64,000 bases of DNA from Candidatus Thorarchaeota archaeon (GTDB taxonomy: Archaea; Asgardarchaeota; Thorarchaeia; Thorarchaeales; Thorarchaeaceae). The DNA lies in contig RDNZ01000007.1 of assembly GCA_011364905.1 (NCBI GenBank), positions 16,394 to 80,393 on the forward strand. Direction: 5' to 3'. The notes under the pieces were generated by a model, which saw only the letters and a list, made by a program, of their open reading frames with translations, was not told the DNA's origin and searched no databases. A program made the translations under genes and the position numbers. Shown here in pieces: positions 20,421 through 28,951 of this stretch (the stretch's first letter is position 1; each line of letters opens with the position of its first letter).

Positions 20421-20918
20421 TCAATAGCCTCTGCTTCGGTCGCGATATCCACCGCCACCGCGACGATCTCGGTCCCCATATCCACGGCCTCGGCCATATC
20501 CCCGACCGCCACCGCCACCGCCACCGCCATAGCGTGGACGTTGTTCGTGCTCTTCCGCACTCATGTCAACTTCATTGTTGACCTCTTCGATGGCTTCCTC
20601 AGCGTCCTTGAGGGTACCGTAACGTCCGATGTTGAGTCTAAGATGACCCTGAAAGAGAGTCGTGTATCCATTCTCGAGCCGGTAGGTCTTCTCATCTTCT
20701 ATCTCATCGATTGAAGCATCCCATAATGGAACTGTCACAAGACCAGTACTGTCTCCAACAACCGTATCGCAGACACGGTGGTTTTCTCCATCAGCCCTGG
20801 ATGTCACTTCCCTGACTTCTCCTTTCTCAATCACCTTGAATGAGATATTCACACTCTTCATTCTTGGTTTAAGTTCTGAAATTTGAGCCTCAATTGGCTC
20901 TCTCTCTTGATATCCCAT
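20421..20918 (-). CDS. ssb: Single-stranded DNA-binding protein (single OB fold) with Gly/Arg-rich tail
   Basis: ISELKP...VGDSTG...LWD...NGYTTLFQGHLRLNIGRYG; GGGGGGGRGYGRGRG tail. Confidence 0.85.
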   Translation of the reverse strand: MGYQEREPIEAQISELKPRMKSVNISFKVIEKGEVREVTSRADGENHRVCDTVVGDSTGLVTVPLWDASIDEIEDEKTYRLENGYTTLFQGHLRLNIGRYGTLKDAEEAIEEVNNEVDMSAEEHEQRPRYGGGGGGGGRGYGRGRGYGDRDRRGGGGYRDRSRGY

Positions 20919-21095
20919 GGTCTATCACCTTGGATTTGCAGGCTTTCAAAAGTAGAATCTTCCTCAGGGATCGCAAAGCTGTGCCTGGAACTCTGGAGCT
21001 TGTGATTCAACTAATCTTTGAGGGCACTGCTACTCTATCGGGATATCTAATTCCCTTTAAACTCTTGTCTAATATCTGGAAAGTCCAAAATGAGG

Positions 21096-21342
21096 TGGAC
21101 GATTGTAGACACCCAGACTTGGTGCCCGATTTTGCGGGCTCGAGGTCCACCCTCTTTTGTTATTTTGAACATGAGTGGCGCTCCAATGCACACATTGTCA
21201 AGACACCTCTCTGAACCCTCGGGGGTGAGAGCACGAATTTCCCTGCAGATGGATAATTCGTATACGCCTACGCAATGCGGTCGCATCGTTTCCACGACTA
21301 TCGACGATGCGTGGAGCAATGGGGCATCCGACCAATCGTCCA
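21096..21342 (-). ncRNA. Putative 247-nt structured RNA, family unknown
   Basis: Perfect 10-bp terminal stem, adjacent stem with G-U pairs only on -, at least 5 internal helices; no credible CDS. Confidence 0.55.
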
Positions 21343-21443
21343 AGATATTGTATGCAACATACCAACATAAGTCCTTCCCCAATGTTCAAAAATCATTCAA
21401 CTATTCTATACTCATAGAATAACTTATAAGAAATCAACAGGAC

Positions 21444-22541
21444 TTGGCTATAATAGAGCCAAAGGTGACGTATTTGAACGGAATAAAGGTCGCGATAGTT
21501 GGAGTTGGCAACTGTGCGAGTGCACTTGTTCAGGGTGTTGAATTCTATAAGAGTGCAAAGACTGAAGATGAACTGATTGGATTAAACCATCTTGATTTTG
21601 CAGGATATCATGTGAAGGATATTCAGTTCGTGGCAGCCTTTGATGTTACAGACACCAAAGTTGGCTTTGATCTTGCAGAAGCCATCTTTGCCGAACCAAA
21701 CAATGTGATGCGGTTTGCAAAAGTTCCAACGACTGGAGTCAAGGTGTTGAAAGGTCCTGAGCTTGATGGTGTAGACGACATGCTAAGAGGGATCGTGAAA
21801 GTTGCATCTGGGGATGAAGCTGATGTAGTCAAGGTCCTCAAGGATTCAGGTGCTGAAATGCTCATCAACTTGATACCTGGCTCAGCTGAACAGGCCACGA
21901 AGTTCTATGCCAATGCCGCACTGGAGGCGGGCTGTGCATACATTAATGGCACGCCAATTCCAATTGCATCGGATCTAGAATGGAGTAAGAAGTTTGAGGA
22001 GAAAGGATTGCCTCTAGTTGGCGATGACATTCAGGACCAGCTCGGTTCTACTGTGTTTCATCGAAACATACTACAACTCTTAGTATCACGAGGAGTCAAA
22101 GTTGACAAAAGCTATCAACTAGATGTTGGAGGCGGCGCTGAGTCTTTAGACTCGCATTATCGAGGTAGGATGAGAAAGAGAGGCGTAAAAAGTGAGGCAA
22201 TTAGTCAAGACTTGCCCTATGATGCGCCATTGGTTGCTGGATCAAGCGACTACATTCCTTTTATGGATAATGCGCGAGACTCGTATTTCTACATCAACGG
22301 ACGACAGTTTGGAGGAGCTCCAATCAAGATTGACATCAGAATGGAGGTCACGGATGGACCAAATGCTGGCCCAATACTCATGGATGCAATCAGGGGAACA
22401 AAGCTTGCTCTGAAAAGAGGTCTTGCGGGGTCTCTAGAGTCAATCTCAGCTTATGGTTTTAAGATGCCACCGACCCCTACGACAATGTATAGAGCTGAGA
22501 GATGGGTTGAAGAGTTCTTATTGGGTAAGAAAAGAAACTAG
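21444..22541 (+). CDS. ino1: myo-inositol-1-phosphate synthase family protein
   Basis: VAIVGVGNCASALVQG, FVAAFDV, GDDI..QLGST..HR. Confidence 0.8.
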   Translation: MAIIEPKVTYLNGIKVAIVGVGNCASALVQGVEFYKSAKTEDELIGLNHLDFAGYHVKDIQFVAAFDVTDTKVGFDLAEAIFAEPNNVMRFAKVPTTGVKVLKGPELDGVDDMLRGIVKVASGDEADVVKVLKDSGAEMLINLIPGSAEQATKFYANAALEAGCAYINGTPIPIASDLEWSKKFEEKGLPLVGDDIQDQLGSTVFHRNILQLLVSRGVKVDKSYQLDVGGGAESLDSHYRGRMRKRGVKSEAISQDLPYDAPLVAGSSDYIPFMDNARDSYFYINGRQFGGAPIKIDIRMEVTDGPNAGPILMDAIRGTKLALKRGLAGSLESISAYGFKMPPTPTTMYRAERWVEEFLLGKKRN

Positions 22542-22609
22542 CTGAGAATAAACAGCTAGGGAATGAAGCAAGTCTTCAAACGAGCTATTCTTCATACTCC
22601 GTCGATTCA

Positions 22610-24202
22610 TCAAAGAAATGTCGTGTATAGACCACCCTGTATAACATCATCGGGAAGGCTCGATGAGAATAGTATGAGGTTATCTATTAGCCTGCTTCTC
22701 TCAGACGGCATCACTACGTAAAACGACACCGTACTGGCATGTGCAACTATATTGTGGTGAATGGTCCAGTTGCCAACCTGCTCCCAATCATCAGGGATGT
22801 ACTTATCCGCATACACTATTGCTATTTTGACACCTCGCTCTGTAGCAATGTTCTGCAACATAGTCGCACTCATTGATCCATTGAGTAGCGCTTCTCCTAT
22901 TTCAAGAGTACCAATTCCCCATTTGTCAACACACACAATGTCTGAGAGATAATTCACACAACCAATATCATTGACCATAATAGTTTCACCCGTATAGAAG
23001 TTATTGAGAAAGAGGCCCATCTGATATTGTTGTTCATAGATGTTGTTAGAAGCAAGAGGGGTCCAAACGACAGCTAGAACGCCTCGTCCCGCCAGGGGTG
23101 CTACGAACAGAATGACAAAAGCGAATCCATACAGGCGTTTCTTTTCCAGAGATCTTCCTTTCAATGACATCCAGAGAGATGACAAATCTAAGTTGGAGAT
23201 GAACTGATGGCCTTGAATTGAAATGGCGATGACTCCAATCGCGACTAGATAGGCCTCATACCTGAAGAACCATCCAACTCGACCCAGCAGAACATGTAAC
23301 AGAAGGGTTGGAACGAATATCAGTTTTAATACATTGTTAATGTGCCAGAAGCCATATTCTCTAGCGCTTGTCAACTTGACAGAGGCGAGTAGGAGTGCAA
23401 CCAAGTGAGGCGATACTAATAAAGAGCCAAAACCGCGAACGAAAAAGAAGGAAACGCCTTCATCCATTGCGTTGACACTCTTCACAAGCAGCGAGTTCGA
23501 AATAAGCAGCCAACCATTTTGTGCTGACACGATACCGTATGCAATCCACGGAAGTGCAGCCATAATCAGAACCGCCAAAGCATAGACCCATTTTCTCCGC
23601 AGCGCAAAAAGACAGACTACCGGCAAAGCTAGAAAAACTGTTTCAATACGAAATGCAGAAGCGAAAAAGGTGGCAATCAACATGAGGAGTAATTGACTCC
23701 TGGTGCTGGCTTCTCCAAGCGAAAGAATCCTCGCAGCGAGAACAAAAAGGACAATGGAGAAAACAACATGAAACGTGTGCTCCATCCCTGTGAAGACAAG
23801 ACCAGGCAGTGAGGTAAAAAAGATGAACGATATCAGAACAACAGTGAGGTATCTCGAGTTCATTTCCGTGTCTTTTAGCAAAACATAGAGTATCACCACA
23901 GCAATCGAGGCAGCAAAGACATTGAGAACAAGTGGGACCAAGTCAGAAACTCCAGTCAGAATAAAAACTGCAGAGATCATCAAATTCCAAATTGGCGATG
24001 AAGAGCTTGAGCTGAATCCGTATCGAGTCACGCCAAAAATCGAGTATTCGGTCAGATTCTTGGATATCGCAAGATGAATGTAGGCGTCGTCAAGTGTATA
24101 TACCATCAAACCTGAATTGATAATCAAGATTGAGACATACATTACGGCAAGCGATATCCAGAGGCAGGCAAGTGCTATTATCACCGGAAGATGTTTCGCC
24201 AT
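22610..24202 (-). CDS. Polytopic membrane protein, GT-C-like glycosyltransferase
   Basis: LDDAYIH after TM1, SSSP, GME motif, many TM helices, soluble C-domain; start adjusted. Confidence 0.6.
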   Translation of the reverse strand: MAKHLPVIIALACLWISLAVMYVSILIINSGLMVYTLDDAYIHLAISKNLTEYSIFGVTRYGFSSSSSSPIWNLMISAVFILTGVSDLVPLVLNVFAASIAVVILYVLLKDTEMNSRYLTVVLISFIFFTSLPGLVFTGMEHTFHVVFSIVLFVLAARILSLGEASTRSQLLLMLIATFFASAFRIETVFLALPVVCLFALRRKWVYALAVLIMAALPWIAYGIVSAQNGWLLISNSLLVKSVNAMDEGVSFFFVRGFGSLLVSPHLVALLLASVKLTSAREYGFWHINNVLKLIFVPTLLLHVLLGRVGWFFRYEAYLVAIGVIAISIQGHQFISNLDLSSLWMSLKGRSLEKKRLYGFAFVILFVAPLAGRGVLAVVWTPLASNNIYEQQYQMGLFLNNFYTGETIMVNDIGCVNYLSDIVCVDKWGIGTLEIGEALLNGSMSATMLQNIATERGVKIAIVYADKYIPDDWEQVGNWTIHHNIVAHASTVSFYVVMPSERSRLIDNLILFSSSLPDDVIQGGLYTTFL

Positions 24203-24345
24203 CCATTTTTCCACCTTTAACGCCTTCCTGCCAAGCTCAAAACTGAAGCGCGCATGAAATATCCAGTCAGCTCCTGCCGAATCGGATTTGAACACGGTTT
24301 TATTTCTTTTGCAATATATATGACATCCAATCTTGACCTTTACAG

Positions 24346-24421
24346 AATCCCCTTGTATTTTACAGCTCCACTGTTACAAAATTGGAGAGCCGCAATACGG
24401 TGAGAATCACTCGTGGGGATT
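24346..24421. other. 76-nt cloverleaf-like intergenic fold (not a canonical tRNA)
   Basis: AATCCCC/GGGGATT 7-bp closing stem with 3-4 internal arms. Confidence 0.3.
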
Positions 24422-24437
24422 AGCAAACTCTTTAGAA

Positions 24438-24869
24438 CTAACTATGGGCTTTAAGATACTCATCAAGCATTGCCTTTAGCATGTCGAGCTTGCTAATGAC
24501 TAGAAATTCAGTTTCCTCACCGATCTCGCTAAGAGTCTCATTAAATGAGATTACACTGTGAAACTCCTGAAGAAGATTCTCCTTGACAGCATTTGACCGA
24601 GCTGCAGGATCGAAGACAACAATCTTGTTTTCAGGTTCGAAGTTCACTACTATGCTTCTTTTGAGGTACATTACTTTTTTGCATTTAGGGCATTGAACAC
24701 GATTTGCTTTACCAGTTCTTAGAGGCTTAATCATATCCCGGTCTTCATACAAATCAATGTGGTCTACTACTTGAGTCTCATAGACCCTTTTGCATTTTGA
24801 GCACTTCACTTCTGTTGAACTCTTACTGACCAAAATTGTCACCCAGACATTGTTTGAAAGTTGAGGCAT
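24438..24869 (-). CDS. CpXC-domain zinc-binding protein
   Basis: CSKC...CPKC with the family spacing. Confidence 0.7.
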   Translation of the reverse strand: MPQLSNNVWVTILVSKSSTEVKCSKCKRVYETQVVDHIDLYEDRDMIKPLRTGKANRVQCPKCKKVMYLKRSIVVNFEPENKIVVFDPAARSNAVKENLLQEFHSVISFNETLSEIGEETEFLVISKLDMLKAMLDEYLKAHS

Positions 24870-24887
24870 CCACTTAAGAATTCCGCA

Positions 24888-25541
24888 CTAATCATCTGCC
24901 TTTGTATTTGTATCTAGCACCTCATCGTCTATGATGTCTTGAAGCATATCAGATTCAGCCCCTTCAGTTTTTCTCTTAAACAAGATACCAGTGATAATTG
25001 CAGTTAGTGCGATTGATGCAACCACAATTGGTGTCGACTCGAAAAACCCACCTCCAAATGAAAGACCAAGAAGGGCAATCAGAGCACCGGCAATTGTCAC
25101 AGCGACTTTGCCTGTGAAATAGCTGAGGATAAACTTGGTAGTATTATATTTGGTGAGCCCTACGTATACTATAAGGGGATCATCAGGAATGGGAGAAGCT
25201 GCAGCAATAAAGAGCGCAATCGCACCCCATTTCTCAACACGACGTTTCTCAGAATCTAATGATTTCAGCCGTTCTGGTGACAGGATTGCTCGCGAACCTC
25301 GCACCACATAGAAATGAATCAGTTTGGCAAGCGTAGCTGTTACTGCGACAATAATTCCGATGAGAATTGCTTCTACTATCCCAACAGGTCCTATAATTGA
25401 TAGAATCAGAACAGCAGCAAAGGCCAAGACCATGTTACTCGGGCTGAGAAAAGGAATCATGTTGATTGCAAAACAGATGATGAAGAGACCTACATAGCCT
25501 TGACTTATCATATCAGTTATGAATTGGGAGATGTTCTGCAT
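24888..25541 (-). CDS. DedA/VTT (SNARE-associated) membrane protein
   Basis: NMIPFLSP, AASPIPDD, FTGK motifs. Confidence 0.75.
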   Translation of the reverse strand: MQNISQFITDMISQGYVGLFIICFAINMIPFLSPSNMVLAFAAVLILSIIGPVGIVEAILIGIIVAVTATLAKLIHFYVVRGSRAILSPERLKSLDSEKRRVEKWGAIALFIAAASPIPDDPLIVYVGLTKYNTTKFILSYFTGKVAVTIAGALIALLGLSFGGGFFESTPIVVASIALTAIITGILFKRKTEGAESDMLQDIIDDEVLDTNTKADD

Positions 25542-25582
25542 CTCAAAAACACCAATGCTGTGAACTACTGATCCTTTATGGA

Positions 25583-26005
25583 CTATTCCGACACCCGTTC
25601 AACAACGACTCTCTGAACTCCATCAAGAACCTTGAGTGAATTCTCCAAATCTGCCAAGTCTGAACTGAGTTGTCCGGGGTTGAAATAGCACTCATAGAAG
25701 CATCTTGTTCCTCGGAGACACACACCTGTTGAAAATAAAAGATCAACAAGACCTGCTTTCTTGAAAATCTGGGACAGTTTGGTCAAGAAATCATTTGTGA
25801 GTTTTCCTATCTCGAGACTGAGGAACAAAACTTCATCACTCTCGAGCGGGAATATCTTAATGAGCCGGTCCTTGTGCACTAGCACCATTAATCCTTGAGA
25901 GGTCCCCATAGCGCTCTTAAACGCAGATGGAAATTTCACAGTTTCACTATCATCAAAAACTAATACTTTTCCGGCGGTTGCACCTTCATAGGCTTCGTCT
26001 GACAT
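25583..26005 (-). CDS. Hypothetical protein with ACT-like C-terminal domain
   Basis: Alternating beta/alpha pattern ending LDGVQRVVVE; start adjusted to MSDEAY. Confidence 0.5.
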   Translation of the reverse strand: MSDEAYEGATAGKVLVFDDSETVKFPSAFKSAMGTSQGLMVLVHKDRLIKIFPLESDEVLFLSLEIGKLTNDFLTKLSQIFKKAGLVDLLFSTGVCLRGTRCFYECYFNPGQLSSDLADLENSLKVLDGVQRVVVERVSE

Positions 26006-26133
26006 CAGTTTTGGTCTCCGTAACGAAATCCTGCTGATGTATCTCCCCAAACTCGAATATAAGTGAATCTCTACTGTTTGGTCGGATATGTGCTCCTTTT
26101 GTAGGTGTCATTCATACATTACTCTGATATACT

Positions 26134-26403
26134 ATGAAACTGACAGATACTGAAAAAGAGCCATTTCATGGACTGAGAGATGTATCAGACTTAAGAACTC
26201 AATTTCAATGTGAGTACCGATTGCGTCTCAAACAGGCAACTGGAAACACTTCCACACCAGCAAGTGTCGCCGGGACAAGGTTTCATCAACTTCTTGCATC
26301 ACAGACAGATATTCGCAAAACTGAGAATGGAAAAAATCGGTTTGTTCCTTTATTGATAATCATCATCACTCTACTTGTTGGTACCCTTTGGATCATCTGG
26401 TGA
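26134..26403 (+). CDS. N-terminal half of a Cas4-like nuclease with C-terminal TM helix
   Basis: VSDL...CEYR (first Fe-S Cys) and GTRFH helix, then FVPLLIIIITLLVGTLWIIW. Confidence 0.65.
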   Translation: MKLTDTEKEPFHGLRDVSDLRTQFQCEYRLRLKQATGNTSTPASVAGTRFHQLLASQTDIRKTENGKNRFVPLLIIIITLLVGTLWIIW

Positions 26404-26407
26404 TTGT

Positions 26408-27067
26408 ATGAGTAACCTTGTCAGTTTTCTCATGATACTAATGTGCATGCTTGGACTCTTAGTCTTCTTAGCATATCAACCAAAGAGTGGTCTTGTATCG
26501 TCTGGGATGATAATGAGAAGAGCAGTATCTGCACCCGTGTGTCTCTCCGAGTTCTTGACTAAGAAGCAGAAGCAGTGGAAGAACCACACCTATTATTACT
26601 TCGCTGAAGAAACAGTTAGGTCCTTGGGACATAGGTTCATTGGAAGATTCGATGGAGCAGTAATCCATTGGGAAGATGTACCTATCTTGGATCTCATAAT
26701 TGAACACAAATTCCCATCGCAGCATCTCCCAAGACACATGAGACCAGAAGATGTTTTTCAAGCAGGCCTCTATGCACTGGCCTTGATGGAGAGCGGTGTT
26801 TCTTGTTCCTCGACAAAACTTGTGACAATATACTGCTCCCAAGATAAGGCGGAAAAATGTTTAGAAAGAAAATCGACTAGAGATTGCTGGCGTTGCAACG
26901 AGAGTAGATCATATGTGAAGAAATTCAGACCAAACGATGTGCTTAGGATCCTAAAGAGATTGGATGAAGTTTGGTACGAAGGTAGGAAGTCAAGAACCAC
27001 TCATGATGAAAGCAATTGTTGGGTTTGTCCATATAGTAATGGCAGATGCAACTATGCTTTGGTTTGA
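26408..27067 (+). CDS. C-terminal half of a Cas4-like PD-(D/E)xK nuclease with N-terminal TM helix
   Basis: GRFDG, IEHK, QAGLYALAL, CWVCPY....C; ATG at 26408 preceded by GGTGA. Confidence 0.75.
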   Translation: MSNLVSFLMILMCMLGLLVFLAYQPKSGLVSSGMIMRRAVSAPVCLSEFLTKKQKQWKNHTYYYFAEETVRSLGHRFIGRFDGAVIHWEDVPILDLIIEHKFPSQHLPRHMRPEDVFQAGLYALALMESGVSCSSTKLVTIYCSQDKAEKCLERKSTRDCWRCNESRSYVKKFRPNDVLRILKRLDEVWYEGRKSRTTHDESNCWVCPYSNGRCNYALV

Positions 27068-27129
27068 TTTGGAAGTTGATATACAACAACACAGACCTTT
27101 TTACGTTAGAGAATCAACAAGAAGATGCT

Positions 27130-27549
27130 ATGGTTCATTCATTAACAAGACTCCTATCTTATGTAATAGCCGCAAAGAGAGATTTGAAACGTACCTACTA
27201 CACCGCACGAAATCACGATGCCAAATTGGATGCAAAAGAGCTTGTAGCAGCTACGATAGCTCTTCAGCGACTATTGGAGGACCTTCTTGCCAAACGTAGA
27301 ACGAGTAGGTTAGCCAAAAGAATCTTGGAAGACAGAAAAGCGAATCTGTCGGTTCAACGATGGATAAACGGATTTCCAAAGCGGGTGAAAGAGTATCTAT
27401 CGAAGTCGAAAAAGCTCGAACAGCAGCATCTTCGAAAGTATCAACAAGTTCTCCTAGAGTACATAAACGGGATAAGCATGGAGCTTGCTCGATGGATTGA
27501 AGATATCGAAACAATGAAAGAACTGCCAAGACTTCCCCGAGAATCATGA
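27130..27549 (+). CDS. Basic all-helical hypothetical protein
   Basis: 139 aa from ATG 27130, amphipathic helices. Confidence 0.6.
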   Translation: MVHSLTRLLSYVIAAKRDLKRTYYTARNHDAKLDAKELVAATIALQRLLEDLLAKRRTSRLAKRILEDRKANLSVQRWINGFPKRVKEYLSKSKKLEQQHLRKYQQVLLEYINGISMELARWIEDIETMKELPRLPRES

Positions 27550-27561
27550 GGATTTTTTATT

Positions 27562-28683
27562 CTACCATCGAAGACGCGCAGCCATTCCACCAAATGCCTT
27601 CAGTTGCTGTCCTGATTCTGTTTGGTTGGAAAACACTAACAAATTGCTGCCATAGTCTGCAACCATGTCGTAGAGTTCATCCATTTCATCTGCAATGTCC
27701 TCTAACACCATTACTGTGTCCACACGGCCCTGACGTAGTGCCTCCAAGACTTCATTCTTGCCGTATGTCACTGTGTTCAAACCCTTCATCAGATCCTCCA
27801 TAAATTGGTCCCATGTTTGACGTTCAACATAAATCTCGGTTTCACGGAGGATTCGGGAAGCCTCTTTCATCGCTTGGTAGAGACCAGTTTCATCGATGAT
27901 GCTGACAGGAATGATGGTTTCGGCAATCTTCTCACGGATTCGATAGTCAAGGTCCCCTTTTTCTAAGAATTCTTGACAACGAATTGTGTTTCCTCCCAAG
28001 ACTATTGCATCGACGCCGTCCAAATTGTCAAGTAGCAGATCTGCAAGAATGCGACCTACATGCTTGAAGAACTCCATCATTTTTTCCTCGCGAATTCGAA
28101 GGTATCGTTTTGCACTCTGGCCGCCAGCTCTGGTCTTGCCAATTATGTAAAAATCTTCATCGCGGACCAGTTCCATGTGCTTTCCTCTGAGGTATCCGAT
28201 CGTTACCTTACCACCCTCAAGAAGAACAATGACGACCAAACTCTTAGGCTTCGTCATGTTTTCAAGTTCTTCTGTCACAAATTCCCGTCCACAGAGGTAG
28301 ACAAATTGGGATATCGGACTGGGCGGAACGACGAGCTCTCGTATTACATTCCCAGTGCCTCCCTCTTCTTCTATACCAAAAAAGAAAACCAATCCGTTTT
28401 CGGGAATGCCGGTCATTTTTGTAAGTTCGCTCAGTATTGCAGTTAGATTGTCAGCAACATTCTTTCTATTTGCTTTGCTCTTGATGTTATCAGCGCCTGC
28501 AAGTTCAGTCTTGACGAAGTTAATCACATCAGTAAGATTCTTTGAAGGAGGTATATAGAGTGTGGTGAAAGAACTATGGCGCCCCTTGTACGCTTTGAGC
28601 TGTTCAACCTTGCGTTTGAGCCTATGTCTTTCTACGGACATTGTTTTCACCATCTCTATTATGCTATTCACTGATTTCATCAA
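27562..28683 (-). CDS. prf1: Peptide chain release factor aRF1 (divergent)
   Basis: NIKS, YLCGREF (YxCxxxF), GGQS, C-terminal FGGMAARLRW. Confidence 0.9.
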   Translation of the reverse strand: MMKSVNSIIEMVKTMSVERHRLKRKVEQLKAYKGRHSSFTTLYIPPSKNLTDVINFVKTELAGADNIKSKANRKNVADNLTAILSELTKMTGIPENGLVFFFGIEEEGGTGNVIRELVVPPSPISQFVYLCGREFVTEELENMTKPKSLVVIVLLEGGKVTIGYLRGKHMELVRDEDFYIIGKTRAGGQSAKRYLRIREEKMMEFFKHVGRILADLLLDNLDGVDAIVLGGNTIRCQEFLEKGDLDYRIREKIAETIIPVSIIDETGLYQAMKEASRILRETEIYVERQTWDQFMEDLMKGLNTVTYGKNEVLEALRQGRVDTVMVLEDIADEMDELYDMVADYGSNLLVFSNQTESGQQLKAFGGMAARLRW

Positions 28684-28951
28684 AAATCAGAGGCAGCCAT
28701 TCCTGCCAGTTGGTTGACTCGATTGAGGATATTTTAACATTCCGTAGTAGCTGTGAACTTCCGCGACCCTAAAGCGATGGCGACACATTAAAAAGGTGAG
28801 CTCTTAGTCCAATTCTAGAAAGGTGAAGGACGGATGGATAACCGCCAATTTACAAATACCCCATGAGGGGTCATTCATTGTGCCAAGACAGAATATATGC
28901 GGTGCACCATTCGCGATTGATTCGAAAGACCTTAGGAGTTTTGAGTAACAA

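Noticed and set aside
21078-21087. GGAAAGTCC resembling the RNase P RNA P4 5' strand
   Set aside because: No matching 3' ACAGAA..GGCTTA strand, and it lies outside and on the opposite strand to the structured element.
20894-21422. Four overlapping 63-111 aa ORFs between ssb and ino1
   Set aside because: No protein motifs, mutually overlapping on both strands; better explained by GC-rich RNA structure.
26134-27067. CRISPR-Cas locus or simple frameshifted cas4 pseudogene
   Set aside because: No array or other cas genes; catalytic and Cys motifs are intact and ORF2 has its own SD and ATG.
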